A DNA stretch of 55,187 nt, taken from the NCBI GenBank assembly GCA_015655465.1, contig JAATEY010000004.1:1-55187 (forward strand). The letters are read 5' to 3'. Numbering within the stretch: position 1 is the first letter of the stretch; every line of letters begins with the position of its first letter. Positions 41,722 to 51,502 of this stretch are shown here, piece after piece. The position numbers and the translations under genes were made by a program. A model generated the notes under the pieces. The model did no database searches. It was not told the origin of the DNA and saw only the letters and a program-made list of their open reading frames with translations. This DNA comes from Gammaproteobacteria bacterium (GTDB lineage: Bacteria; Pseudomonadota; Gammaproteobacteria; Steroidobacterales; Steroidobacteraceae).

Positions 41722-42309
41722 ATGACAGAACATTCGCTGCGCGTATTGATCGTCGACCAGAACCTGATCCGGGCGTCGATCCTGGAGGACGGTCTGCGCG
41801 AGGCGGGCTATCGGGATCTGATCGTGGTGCGCGACATGCAGAACCTGCTGCGCCGGATCATCGATGAGGAGCCCGATGTGATCCTGATCGACCTGGAAAA
41901 TCCGAACCGCGACGTGCTGGAGCAGATGTTCCAGGTGTCGCGGGTGGTGCGCAAGCCGGTGGCGATGTTCGTCGATCAATCCGACCGCAGCGCCATCGAG
42001 GCGGCGATCGATGCAGGCGTGGGTGCATACGTGGTCGATGGCCTGCGCAAGGAGCGGGTGCAGTCGATCGTCGACATGACGATCAGCCGCTTCCGTGCCT
42101 TCGAGAAGCTGCGCGCCGAGCTGGACGACACGCGCCAGCAGCTGCAGGACCGCAAGCTGATCGACCGCGCCAAGGGCATTCTCATGAAGCAGCGCGGAGT
42201 GGGCGAGGAACGCGCCTACGAAATGATGCGCAAGGCAGCGATGGATGCCAACCTGCGCCTGGCGCAGGTGGCGCAGAGCGTGATTACGGCCGCGGAGCTG
42301 CTCAAGTGA
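41722..42309 (+). CDS. nasT: ANTAR-domain response-regulator-like antiterminator
   Basis: REC-like N-domain (LRVLIVDQNLIRASIL) and C-terminal ANTAR (LQDRKLIDRAKGILMKQRGVGEERAYEMMRKAAMDANLRLAQVAQSVI). Confidence 0.9.
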   Translation: MTEHSLRVLIVDQNLIRASILEDGLREAGYRDLIVVRDMQNLLRRIIDEEPDVILIDLENPNRDVLEQMFQVSRVVRKPVAMFVDQSDRSAIEAAIDAGVGAYVVDGLRKERVQSIVDMTISRFRAFEKLRAELDDTRQQLQDRKLIDRAKGILMKQRGVGEERAYEMMRKAAMDANLRLAQVAQSVITAAELLK

Positions 42310-43385
42310 GCGCCGACAGCCGCACGGAAGTCAGGGTCGGATTCATGCCGCTGCTGGATTGCGCGCTGCTGGTGGTGGCACACGAAGTTGGACTCGCCCG
42401 CCAGGCTGGACTTTCGCTGCGCCTGATACGCGAGTCGTCGTGGGCCAACATCCGCGACCGCGTCGCAATCGGTCATTTCGACGCCGCGCACATGCTCGGG
42501 CCGATGGTGGTTGCGGAAAACGTCGGCGCCGGGCACCTGGCCACGCCGCTCATTGCGCCGGTGGCGCTCGGCACTGGCGCCAATGCCATCACGGTGTCAC
42601 AGGATCTGTGGCTGGCCATGCAGGGGTTCGGCGCGGGTATCGGCCTGAGCCCCGCTGCCCAGGCGAAGGCGCTTGCCGGGGTTGTGGCACAGCGTGCCGC
42701 TGCGGGACTCGCTCCCTTGACCCTGGCCATGGTGTTTCCTTTCTCCTGCCACAACTACCAGCTGCGCGACTGGCTGGAATCCGCGGGAGTCGATCCCGAT
42801 CACGATGTGCGGCTGGTCGTGCTGCCGCCGCCGCTGCTGGTGGACGCATTGCGCAGCGGTCAGATCGATGGCTTCTGCGTGGGAGAGCCGTGGAACAGCC
42901 TCGCGGTTGACGCCGGAATCGGCGTGATAGCCGCCGTGTGCAGCGATGTCTGGGAGCGTCCGCCCGAGAAGGTAATGGGAATGCGGGCGCGTTTTGCGGA
43001 AGAGAGCCCGGCGGTCGTTGCAGCGCTGGTGCGCTCTGTCGACGCCGCGTCGCGGTGGGCTGCCGATGTGGGCAATCGCGGCGATCTGGCGCAGCTGCTC
43101 AGTCAGCCCCGCTATGTGGGCGCACCGGCGCGGCTCCTGCTCGCCGCGCTGAATGGATCGATATGTGCCGTGGCCGGGCAGGCCCCGATCCAGCGGCCCG
43201 ATTTCGTGTCATTCGGTCCCGACTCCATCGTGCCGTATGAGCGTTATGCGGAGCTGTTCTATTCCCGCATGCGGCGCTGGGGTCAGGTAGCAGCAGACAG
43301 TGCCGGACCTGCACGCGCGCGGGCGGGCTTTCGCGTCGATATTTTCCGCAGTGCCCTCAAGGGTGCCGCAGTGACCAGGGAATGA
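42306..43385 (+). CDS. nasS: nitrate/nitrite sensor, NrtA-like cytoplasmic binding protein
   Basis: GTG start overlapping the nasT stop (GTGA). No signal peptide. NMT1/NrtA-like fold (VRVGFMPLLDCALLVVAHEVGL...). Confidence 0.8.
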   Translation: MSADSRTEVRVGFMPLLDCALLVVAHEVGLARQAGLSLRLIRESSWANIRDRVAIGHFDAAHMLGPMVVAENVGAGHLATPLIAPVALGTGANAITVSQDLWLAMQGFGAGIGLSPAAQAKALAGVVAQRAAAGLAPLTLAMVFPFSCHNYQLRDWLESAGVDPDHDVRLVVLPPPLLVDALRSGQIDGFCVGEPWNSLAVDAGIGVIAAVCSDVWERPPEKVMGMRARFAEESPAVVAALVRSVDAASRWAADVGNRGDLAQLLSQPRYVGAPARLLLAALNGSICAVAGQAPIQRPDFVSFGPDSIVPYERYAELFYSRMRRWGQVAADSAGPARARAGFRVDIFRSALKGAAVTRE

Positions 43386-45940
43386 ACCTCATGCCAGACA
43401 GTCCATTGAATCGCAGGCAGCTGGTGGTGATCGGCAACGGCATGGTCGGGCAGCGACTGCTCGAAAAGCTCGCCGCCGGCACGCATGACTATGCGATCAC
43501 CGTGCTGTGTGAAGAACCGCGGCCAGCCTATGACCGGGTAGGGCTGACCAGTTTCTTCAGCGGCAAGAGTGCCGCCGACCTGTCGCTGGTGCCGGAAGGA
43601 TTCTTCGGCGAATCGGGCATCACGCTGCATTTGTCGGAACGCGCCACGACCATCGACCGGGAACGCCGGCTGGTGACCACCAGCACCGGGCGTACGCTGT
43701 CCTACGACAAGCTGGTGCTTGCCACGGGCTCTTATCCCTTCGTGCCACCCATTCCGGGTCGTGAACGCAAGGACTGCTTCGTGTATCGCACCATCGAAGA
43801 CCTGGTCGCGATACGCGAGGCAGCCCGCGCTGCGCGCAGCGGTGCCGTGATCGGTGGCGGTTTGCTGGGCCTCGAGGCAGCCAAGGCCCTGGTCGACCTG
43901 GGGCTGCAGACCCATGTGATCGAATTTGCGCCACGCCTCATGGCAGTTCAGGTTGATGATGGTGGTGGCCGCGTACTGCGGCGCCATATCGAATCGCTGG
44001 GCGTGCGCGTGCATTGCGGCAAGTCGACTACCGGCATCGAAGCGGGCACCGAGCACCAGCATGTGCTGCGCTTTGCCGATGGCGAGTCGGTTGAAACCGA
44101 CGTGGTGGTGTTTTCCGCCGGTATCCGGCCGCAGGATGCGCTCGCCAGGGCCGGCGGCATCCAGATCGGTCCGCGCGGCGGCATCGTCATCGACAACACC
44201 TGCCGTACCAGCGATGCAGACATCTACGCCATTGGCGAATGCGCCCTGTGGGAAGGAAAACTGTTCGGCCTGGTGGCGCCTGGCTATCAGATGGCCGAGG
44301 TTGCAGCGTCCAGTCTGCTGGGCACGGACGGGAAGCAGTTTGCCGGCGCCGATATGAGCACCAAGCTGAAGCTGATGGGTGTGGACGTGGCGTCGCTGGG
44401 TGATGCGCATGCTGCCATGCCGGATTCGCAGTGCTGCACGCTGGTCGATGAACGCGCCGGTGTCTACAAGAAGCTCGTCATCAGCAAGGACGGTACACGA
44501 CTGCTCGGTGGCATATTGGTCGGCGATGCCTCCGACTACGGCACCTGGCAGCAACTGATGCTCAACAGCATGCAGCTGCCCGCGAAGCCGGAGTCCTTGC
44601 TGGTACCCGCCGGCGACCCCGGCGACAGTGCGGGCATGGGAGTGTCGGCGCTGCCCGCGTCGGCCCAGATCTGCTCCTGCAACAACGTCAGCAAGGGCGA
44701 CATCTGCGCCGCGGTGGAGGCAGGTGTCACCACGCTGGGTGGCATGAAGAAGACCACCAAGGCCGCCAGCTCGTGCGGCGGCTGCGGCCAGCTGGTGCAG
44801 CAGATCATCAAGGCGGAACTGCTGCGCCGGGGCGTGGCGGTGAACAACCACCTCTGCGAGCATTTTCCGTATTCCCGTCAGGAGCTGTTCCACCTCGTGA
44901 AGGTGGGGCAGATAAAGACCTTCGCCGATCTGATCGGGAAGCATGGCAAGGGCCTGGGCTGCGATATCTGCAAGCCGGCCGCGGCGTCGATACTCGCCTC
45001 GCAATGGAACGAGTTCGTGCTGAAGCCCGACAAGGCCGTGCTGCAGGATACCAACGACTACTACCTGGCGAATCTGCAGAAGGACGGCAGCTACTCGGTG
45101 GTGCCGCGCATTCCGGGTGGCGAGATCACGCCGGACAAGCTGCTGGTCATCGCGCAGGTGGCGAAGAAATACGGCCTCTACACGAAGATCACCGGCGGCC
45201 AGCGCATCGACCTGTTCGGCGCACAGGTCAACCAGTTGCCGCTGATCTGGGGCGAGCTGATTGCCGCCGGGTTCGAATCCGGGCACGCCTATGGCAAGTC
45301 ATTGCGCACGGTGAAATCCTGCGTCGGTTCCACCTGGTGCCGCTATGGCGTGCAGGACAGCGTGGGCTTCGCCATCGAGCTCGAGAACCGCTACAAAGGC
45401 CTGCGCTCGCCGCACAAGATCAAGTTCGCGGTGTCCGGCTGCACGCGCGAGTGTGCGGAAGCGCAGAGCAAGGACGTGGGTGTCATCGCCACCGAGAAGG
45501 GCTGGAACCTCTACGTCTGTGGCAATGGCGGCATGAAGCCCCGTCATGCAGACCTGCTGGCCAGCGATCTTACTCGCGAGACACTCATCCGCTACGTCGA
45601 TCGCTTCCTGATGTTCTATGTGCGCACGGCGGATCGCCTGCAGCGCACTGCCAGCTGGCTCGAGAATCTGGAAGGTGGTCTCGACTACCTGCGCGCGGTG
45701 GTCTGCGATGACAGCCTGGGTCTCGCTGCCGAGCTCGAAGCGGCGATGGCGCTGGTGGTTGGCACCTATGAGTGCGAGTGGAAAAAGGCCGTGGAAGATC
45801 CGGCGACCCTGAAGCGCTTCCGCCACTTCGTGAACAGTGAATCGCTGGACAGCAATATCGTGCTGGTCGATGAGCGTGGCCAGCGGCGTCCGGCCACGAC
45901 TGAAGAACGTGCGCGCGTCCGCGCCAAGGTGAGTGCATGA
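43382..45940 (+). CDS. nirB: NAD(P)H-dependent assimilatory nitrite reductase large subunit
   Basis: FAD/NAD Rossmann folds (VVIGNGMVGQ, AVIGGGLLGLEAA), BFD-like 2Fe-2S (CSCNNVSKGDI...CGGCG) and a siroheme/4Fe-4S domain (CVGSTWCRYG, SGCTRECAEAQ). Confidence 0.95.
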   Translation: MNLMPDSPLNRRQLVVIGNGMVGQRLLEKLAAGTHDYAITVLCEEPRPAYDRVGLTSFFSGKSAADLSLVPEGFFGESGITLHLSERATTIDRERRLVTTSTGRTLSYDKLVLATGSYPFVPPIPGRERKDCFVYRTIEDLVAIREAARAARSGAVIGGGLLGLEAAKALVDLGLQTHVIEFAPRLMAVQVDDGGGRVLRRHIESLGVRVHCGKSTTGIEAGTEHQHVLRFADGESVETDVVVFSAGIRPQDALARAGGIQIGPRGGIVIDNTCRTSDADIYAIGECALWEGKLFGLVAPGYQMAEVAASSLLGTDGKQFAGADMSTKLKLMGVDVASLGDAHAAMPDSQCCTLVDERAGVYKKLVISKDGTRLLGGILVGDASDYGTWQQLMLNSMQLPAKPESLLVPAGDPGDSAGMGVSALPASAQICSCNNVSKGDICAAVEAGVTTLGGMKKTTKAASSCGGCGQLVQQIIKAELLRRGVAVNNHLCEHFPYSRQELFHLVKVGQIKTFADLIGKHGKGLGCDICKPAAASILASQWNEFVLKPDKAVLQDTNDYYLANLQKDGSYSVVPRIPGGEITPDKLLVIAQVAKKYGLYTKITGGQRIDLFGAQVNQLPLIWGELIAAGFESGHAYGKSLRTVKSCVGSTWCRYGVQDSVGFAIELENRYKGLRSPHKIKFAVSGCTRECAEAQSKDVGVIATEKGWNLYVCGNGGMKPRHADLLASDLTRETLIRYVDRFLMFYVRTADRLQRTASWLENLEGGLDYLRAVVCDDSLGLAAELEAAMALVVGTYECEWKKAVEDPATLKRFRHFVNSESLDSNIVLVDERGQRRPATTEERARVRAKVSA

Positions 45941-47508
45941 GCGGGCCGGGCAAGCGGCATTTCGTCTGTGCGCTGGACGATATCCTCGACTGCGGCGGCG
46001 TCGCGGCATTGGTGGACGACGAGCAGGTTGCGCTGGTGCGCGTGGGCGAGGAAGTTTTTGCACTGGAGAATTGCGATCCGTTCAGCGGCGCCAACGTGAT
46101 GGCGCGTGGCCTGGCCGGCGACCTGCAAGGCCAGCTCGTGGTTGCCTCGCCGGTTTACAAGCAGCACTTCAACCTGCGCAGCGGCTGTTGCCTGGAAGAC
46201 GAGTCGGTGAGCCTGCGCACCTGGCCCTGTGGCGTGCTGGATGGCCGTGTCTGGGTGGAGGCGCTGCCGCAGGCCGCTACCGGCACCCGTGGCAGGAAAC
46301 GCCTGGTGGTGATCGGCAACGGCATGGCCGCGATGCGCACCATCGAGGAGCTGCTGACCGAGGCGCCGGATGCCTACGACATCACGATCTTCGGCGCCGA
46401 GCCGCGCGGCAACTACAACCGCATCATGCTCTCGCCGCTGCTCGCCGGTGAAACGGAGCGCGAGCAGCTCGTGCTGCATCCGCTGCACTGGTACAGCGAA
46501 CGCGGCATCAGGCTGCATGTGGGCGATCCGGTGGTGTCAATCGATCGCCGCCAGAAAAGAGTGATCTCCGCCGCGGGGGTCGCGGCCAGCTATGACCGCC
46601 TGTTGCTGGCTACTGGCTCGGACCCGGTCCGCCTGAAGGTGACGGGGCATGACCTGCCGGGCGTGTTCTATTTCCGCAATCTGGATGATGTCGATGGCAT
46701 GCAGGAACGGGCTGCCGATGCACGGCAGGCCGTGGTGATCGGCGGCGGCCTGCTGGGCCTGGAAGCGGCCAGCGGGCTGCGCAAACTGGGTCTCGATGTC
46801 ACCGTTGTGCACATCCGTGACCGCGTCATGGACAAGCAGCTGGATGACGAGGCCGCGGGTTACCTGCGTGCTTCGATGGAAGCACGCGGCATCGCGTTCC
46901 GCCTGGCGGCGCGTACCGCGGCATTCGCCGGAGCTGGCCGTGTACAGCAGGTGCAGCTGGACGATGGCACGACGCTGGCGGCGGATATGGTGGTAGTTGC
47001 CGCCGGCATCACGCCGCGTACCGGGCTCGCGCGTGCCTGCGGGCTGCACTGCGATCGCGGCATCCTGGTCGATGACACCCTGCAGACCTTCGACCCGGCC
47101 ATCTATGCGGTGGGCGAGTGCGTGCAGCATCGTGGCGCAACCTATGGCCTGGTCGCGCCGCTGTGGGAGCAGGCACGGGTCTGTGCCGCGCATCTGGCGG
47201 AGCGTGGCGTCGCGCGTTATCGCGGTTCGAGTCCGTCTTCGCAGCTCAAGGTCAGCGGCATTGACGTTTATTCCGCCGGCGAGCATGGCAGGAATGAAGG
47301 CGCGGATTCCATCCGTTATGCCGATCGCGCGGCCGGGATTTACAAACGCCTGTGGCTGAAGGACAACCGCCTGCAGGCCGCGGTGCTGTTCGGCGACACC
47401 CGCAATGCCGGATGGTATGCGGATCTCATCGAGAATCAGCGCGATGTATCGGCGCTGCGCGACACGCTCCTGCTGGGCGAGGCGCAGGTTTCCGGTTCAG
47501 CCGGATGA
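45937..47508 (+). CDS. nirD: fusion of NirD (Rieske-like small subunit) with an FAD-dependent NAD(P)H oxidoreductase
   Basis: Residues 1-~105 are NirD-like (FVCALDDI...ALENCDPFSGANVMARGLAGDLQG...PVYKQHFNLRSGCCLED). Residues ~118-523 are a pyridine-nucleotide-disulfide oxidoreductase (LVVIGNGMAAMRT, AVVIGGGLLGLEAA, YAVGEC). Confidence 0.85.
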   Translation: MSGPGKRHFVCALDDILDCGGVAALVDDEQVALVRVGEEVFALENCDPFSGANVMARGLAGDLQGQLVVASPVYKQHFNLRSGCCLEDESVSLRTWPCGVLDGRVWVEALPQAATGTRGRKRLVVIGNGMAAMRTIEELLTEAPDAYDITIFGAEPRGNYNRIMLSPLLAGETEREQLVLHPLHWYSERGIRLHVGDPVVSIDRRQKRVISAAGVAASYDRLLLATGSDPVRLKVTGHDLPGVFYFRNLDDVDGMQERAADARQAVVIGGGLLGLEAASGLRKLGLDVTVVHIRDRVMDKQLDDEAAGYLRASMEARGIAFRLAARTAAFAGAGRVQQVQLDDGTTLAADMVVVAAGITPRTGLARACGLHCDRGILVDDTLQTFDPAIYAVGECVQHRGATYGLVAPLWEQARVCAAHLAERGVARYRGSSPSSQLKVSGIDVYSAGEHGRNEGADSIRYADRAAGIYKRLWLKDNRLQAAVLFGDTRNAGWYADLIENQRDVSALRDTLLLGEAQVSGSAG

Positions 47509-50156
47509 CGACTGTTACCCGGACAACATGCCCCTATTGCGGGGTGGGTTGTGGTGTGCTTGCGCAACGCGACGCGGACGGCCGCATCGAGGTTCGCGGT
47601 GATCCGGAGCATCCCGCCAGCCGTGGTCGCCTGTGTTCCAAGGGTTCGGCGCTGGCGGCGACGCTCGGCGCCAATGGCCGGCTGCTGCAGCCCGAAGTGG
47701 ATGGTGCGAAGGTGGACTGGGAGGCCGCCCTGTCCACCGTGGCCGGGCGCCTGCGCGGCTGCATCGATGAGCATGGTCCCGGGTCGGTGGCGCTGTATGT
47801 ATCCGGGCAACTGCTCACCGAGGACTACTACGTCGCCAACAAGCTGATGAAGGGCTACATCGGCACGGCCAACATCGACACGAATTCGCGGCTGTGCATG
47901 TCTTCGGCGGTGACCGGCCATGTGCGTGCCTTCGGTGAAGATGTGGTGCCCGTCGAGTATGCCGATCTGGACCAGGCCGACCTGCTGGTACTGGTGGGTT
48001 CCAATCTCGCCTGGTGCCATCCGGTGCTGATGCAGCGGGTGCAGGCTTTGCGCGAACAGCGGCCCGGAATGCGCCTGGTGGTGATCGATCCACGGCGCAC
48101 GGCCACTACCGAAGCGGCGGATCTGCACCTGCCGCTGCGCAGCGGCAGCGATGTCATGTTGTTCAACGGCCTGCTGGTGTGGCTGGCAGAGCAGGGTCAC
48201 AGCGATGCAGCGTATGTGGCCGCGCACACCAGCGGCGTGGACGAAGCGCTGCAGGTTGCGCGTGCCGCCAGCACCGATATTGCCGCGACCTCGCAGGTCT
48301 GCGGTCTGGACGCCACGCTGGTGGAACAGTTTTTCGCGATGTTTGCGGCGACGGACCGCGTCGTGACGATGTTCTCCCAGGGCGTCAACCAGTCTTCAGT
48401 CGGCGCAGACAAGGTCAACAGCATCATCAACTGCCACCTGCTCACCGGCCGCATCGGTCGTGCTGGCACGGGGCCGTTCTCGATCACCGGCCAGCCCAAT
48501 GCAATGGGTGGCCGTGAAGTCGGTGGTCTCTCGACGCAGCTTGCCGCGCACCTGAGCCTGGACGACGCCGGGCATCGCGACGCTGTACAGCAGTTCTGGC
48601 AGTCGCCGGTCATGGCCAACAGGCCGGGCTACAAGGCAGTCGAACTTTTTGAAGCAATCGATACCGGAAAGATCAAGGCAGTGTGGATCATGGCCACCAA
48701 CCCGGTGGTCAGCCTGCCGGATGCCGATGTGGTGCGGCGCGCACTGGCGCGTTGCCCGCTGGTCATCGTCTCCGATTGCGTCGCTGCCAACGACACGCTC
48801 GCGTTTGCGCACATCAAATTGCCCGCCAGCGGCTGGGCGGAGAAGGATGGCACGGTTACCAACTCCGACCGCCACATATCCCGGCAGCGGGCATTCCTGG
48901 CTGCGCCGGGTCTGGCCCAGCCTGACTGGTGGATCGTTTGCCAGGTTGCGCAGCGTCTCGGATTTACAACGGGTTTCGACTTCGACGGTCCGGCTGCCAT
49001 ATTCGATGAGCTGGCGCGAATCACGGCGTTGTCGCGTCGTTTCGGCATGTGCCTGGATCTGCAGGGTGTCAGTGGCCTGTCCGCGCAGCAGTACGACGCG
49101 CTGGCCGTGTCGCAGTGGCCACTGCCGGCATCGACAACTGCTCCGGAACGGCCATTCGCAAGCGGGCAATTCTCCACGCCGGATGGACGGGCGCGGTTCG
49201 TACCGGTGGCAGCGCGCGGCCCGCGCCACGCGCCGACTGCGGAGTATCCGCTGATCCTCAATACGGGCCGCATCCGCGATCAATGGCATACGATGACCCG
49301 TACCGCGCGTGCTGCCGCGCTCAATGCACACGAACCGGAACCTTATGCGGACGCGAATTCCTCCGACCTGGCTGCTGCAGGTGTGGCACCGGGAGAACTG
49401 TTGCGTGTGGTGACGCGCTGGGGCGCGGCGCTGGCAAGAGCCCGCGCCAGTGGCGACGTGCCAGCCGGCATGATCTTCCTGCCCATCCACTGGAGCGAGC
49501 AGTTTGCCCGTGAATCGCGCGTGGGCGCAGCCGTCAATCCAGTGGTGGATCCGGTCTCCGGCGAGCCGGAGTTCAAGCACACGCCGGCACGGATCGAGGC
49601 AGTGGTGGTGGAATGGCAGGGTTTCCTGCTGTCACGGCAGCGCGCAACCCCGCCCGATGCGCTGTGGTGGGCGCATTCGCCCGGCGACAGCGTGCATCGT
49701 CTCGAGTTCGCGGGGCGCGGCACCGTTCGACCCGATGCTGCATGGCTGAAAGTTGCGCTGCCCGGCCTTGCACGGGCCGACTGGATCGAATTCGACGATG
49801 GCGCCGCCGGCACCTACCGCGCAGCGCTGCTGGTGGATGGCCGCCTCGAAGCCTGCCTCATGGTAGGCGCGCGCCGTACCCTGCCCGGCAGGACCTGGCT
49901 GGCCTCACTGTTCGCACAGCCCCTGCTTGATGCGGCCGATCGACGCTGCCTGTTGCTGGGCCGGCGCCTCGGAGGAATCGATCCCGGCTCGACGGTGTGT
50001 GCCTGCTTTGGCGTGGGCGCCAATACCATCCGCGCGGCCATCGCGGGCGGTTGTGCCAGTGTCGATGCAGTGGGCCGGAAGCTGAAGGCCGGCACCAATT
50101 GCGGCTCCTGCCGTCCCGAGATCACGAAACTTATTGCAGCAGGCCGTAGTCGATGA
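47505..50156 (+). CDS. nasA: assimilatory nitrate reductase catalytic subunit (Mo-bisMGD)
   Basis: Trimmed to ATG 47505 (ATGA overlap with the upstream stop). N-terminal 4Fe-4S motif CPYCGVGCG...C. Molybdopterin oxidoreductase body. C-terminal BFD-like 2Fe-2S (CACFGV...CGSC). Confidence 0.9.
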   Translation: MTTVTRTTCPYCGVGCGVLAQRDADGRIEVRGDPEHPASRGRLCSKGSALAATLGANGRLLQPEVDGAKVDWEAALSTVAGRLRGCIDEHGPGSVALYVSGQLLTEDYYVANKLMKGYIGTANIDTNSRLCMSSAVTGHVRAFGEDVVPVEYADLDQADLLVLVGSNLAWCHPVLMQRVQALREQRPGMRLVVIDPRRTATTEAADLHLPLRSGSDVMLFNGLLVWLAEQGHSDAAYVAAHTSGVDEALQVARAASTDIAATSQVCGLDATLVEQFFAMFAATDRVVTMFSQGVNQSSVGADKVNSIINCHLLTGRIGRAGTGPFSITGQPNAMGGREVGGLSTQLAAHLSLDDAGHRDAVQQFWQSPVMANRPGYKAVELFEAIDTGKIKAVWIMATNPVVSLPDADVVRRALARCPLVIVSDCVAANDTLAFAHIKLPASGWAEKDGTVTNSDRHISRQRAFLAAPGLAQPDWWIVCQVAQRLGFTTGFDFDGPAAIFDELARITALSRRFGMCLDLQGVSGLSAQQYDALAVSQWPLPASTTAPERPFASGQFSTPDGRARFVPVAARGPRHAPTAEYPLILNTGRIRDQWHTMTRTARAAALNAHEPEPYADANSSDLAAAGVAPGELLRVVTRWGAALARARASGDVPAGMIFLPIHWSEQFARESRVGAAVNPVVDPVSGEPEFKHTPARIEAVVVEWQGFLLSRQRATPPDALWWAHSPGDSVHRLEFAGRGTVRPDAAWLKVALPGLARADWIEFDDGAAGTYRAALLVDGRLEACLMVGARRTLPGRTWLASLFAQPLLDAADRRCLLLGRRLGGIDPGSTVCACFGVGANTIRAAIAGGCASVDAVGRKLKAGTNCGSCRPEITKLIAAGRSR

Positions 50157-50772
50157 GCTTTTCCTGGTAGCCAGTCACGGTGAGCTTGATGGTGACGGGT
50201 GTTTCGCTGACATTGAGCCAGTACCAGCCGTGTTCGCCGGCAAACGGCGCAACCAGTGAGCCACTGCGCCCGGTTATGCCGTCGGCCTCTTCATAGCGCA
50301 CCCAGTACTTGTCGCCTTTCGACGGATCATGGCCGTGGAAATCCACGTATACCTTGCCGCCTTCCACCGACCAGCTGTAGACCATGACCTTGGCCTTGCC
50401 GAGCAGCGCCTTGATCTCGGTCTTCTCGTCCCAGCCCAGTTTGATGGTCATGGTTTCGGTTTTCGGCGCGGCTTTTTCCAGCTGGCTGACTGCCGGATTC
50501 GGCAGTGGCAGCGGATCCTCTGGGTCTGCATTGGCAGCGGCAGTGAGGTTGTCATTGGCCTTGAGCACATCGTCGATCACTTCGTCCAGCGAGGGCTCAG
50601 CCTTGCTGCGCTGTTTGCTCATGGCGGTAAGGCCGAGCGCCTTGCCGATGCCGGTGGGGTCGTAACCACGCTCTGCCGGCAGCACCACGGCGAACAACAC
50701 CACGACCGCAAACAGCGCGGCCAGCGCCATGCCGATCAGGACCTTGTACTTGCGCATTTCCGCCGACCTCAT
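50131..50772 (-). CDS. N-terminally membrane-anchored protein with beta-rich C-terminal domain, unknown function
   Basis: ORF trimmed to ATG 50772 (ATGA overlap with the hupE-like stop; alternative ATG 50757). TM (VLIGMALAALFAVVVLFAVVL), acidic linker, then a ~110-aa domain (TMTIKLGWDEKTEIKA...YWLNVSETPVTIKLTVTGY). Confidence 0.6.
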   Translation of the reverse strand: MRSAEMRKYKVLIGMALAALFAVVVLFAVVLPAERGYDPTGIGKALGLTAMSKQRSKAEPSLDEVIDDVLKANDNLTAAANADPEDPLPLPNPAVSQLEKAAPKTETMTIKLGWDEKTEIKALLGKAKVMVYSWSVEGGKVYVDFHGHDPSKGDKYWVRYEEADGITGRSGSLVAPFAGEHGWYWLNVSETPVTIKLTVTGYQEKLIDYGLLQ

Positions 50773-51458
50773 GCCGCCAGCAGGTAGCCTGCCAGCTGAT
50801 ATCCAAACAGGATGAACCCGACCGTCATCAGCAGCACGTTGGCCGGAACTATCGCGGCCTGGAAGCCGGACCAGCGGCGCCACAGGCTGAACACCATCAC
50901 CATCACTGCCAATGCGGCGAGCTGCCCGAATTCGACGCCCACGTTGAAAGCCACGAGATTGGCGGCGAGTCCCTTTGGCGAGAGATGCAGCTCCTGCAGC
51001 TTGGTGGCGAGTCCGAGCCCATGGGCAAGGCCAAAGCCCAGCACCGCGGCACGTGGATCGAGCTTCCACCCGAGGTTGCGAAATCCGCCGGTGTTTTCGA
51101 AGCCCTTGTAGACCACCGACAGGCCGATGATCGCATCCACGACGTAGGGATTGGCCCGGTATCCCAGCAACACCGCGCCCAGCAGTGTGATGCTGTGGCC
51201 CAGCGCGAACAGGCTGGCATACACGGCCACATCCCTCATGCGATACAGCAGGAAGATCACGCCGGCAAGAAAGGCCAGGTGATCGTAGCCGGTGACCATG
51301 TGCTTGGCGCCCAGGTAGGCGAAGGGCCCGAGGTTCACGCCCTGCACAGCGGTGACGAAGTTCGCATCGCGACTGGAAACGCCATGCGCCAGCGCAATGG
51401 CCGGCAGCATGCCGGCCAGCAGCCACAGGCCGATCTCACGTGAAGCTGGAGTTTTCAT
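50769..51458 (-). CDS. HupE/UreJ family metal (Ni/Co)-transporter-like membrane protein
   Basis: Signal/TM followed by His-rich membrane motifs (HMVTGYDHLAFLAGVIFL, FALGHSITLL, GFGLAHGLG). 229 aa. Confidence 0.75.
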   Translation of the reverse strand: MKTPASREIGLWLLAGMLPAIALAHGVSSRDANFVTAVQGVNLGPFAYLGAKHMVTGYDHLAFLAGVIFLLYRMRDVAVYASLFALGHSITLLGAVLLGYRANPYVVDAIIGLSVVYKGFENTGGFRNLGWKLDPRAAVLGFGLAHGLGLATKLQELHLSPKGLAANLVAFNVGVEFGQLAALAVMVMVFSLWRRWSGFQAAIVPANVLLMTVGFILFGYQLAGYLLAA

Positions 51459-51502
51459 TCTCGTTGTGCCGGCAGGATGCCATGAGAAGCGCAGCCTATG
51501 CG

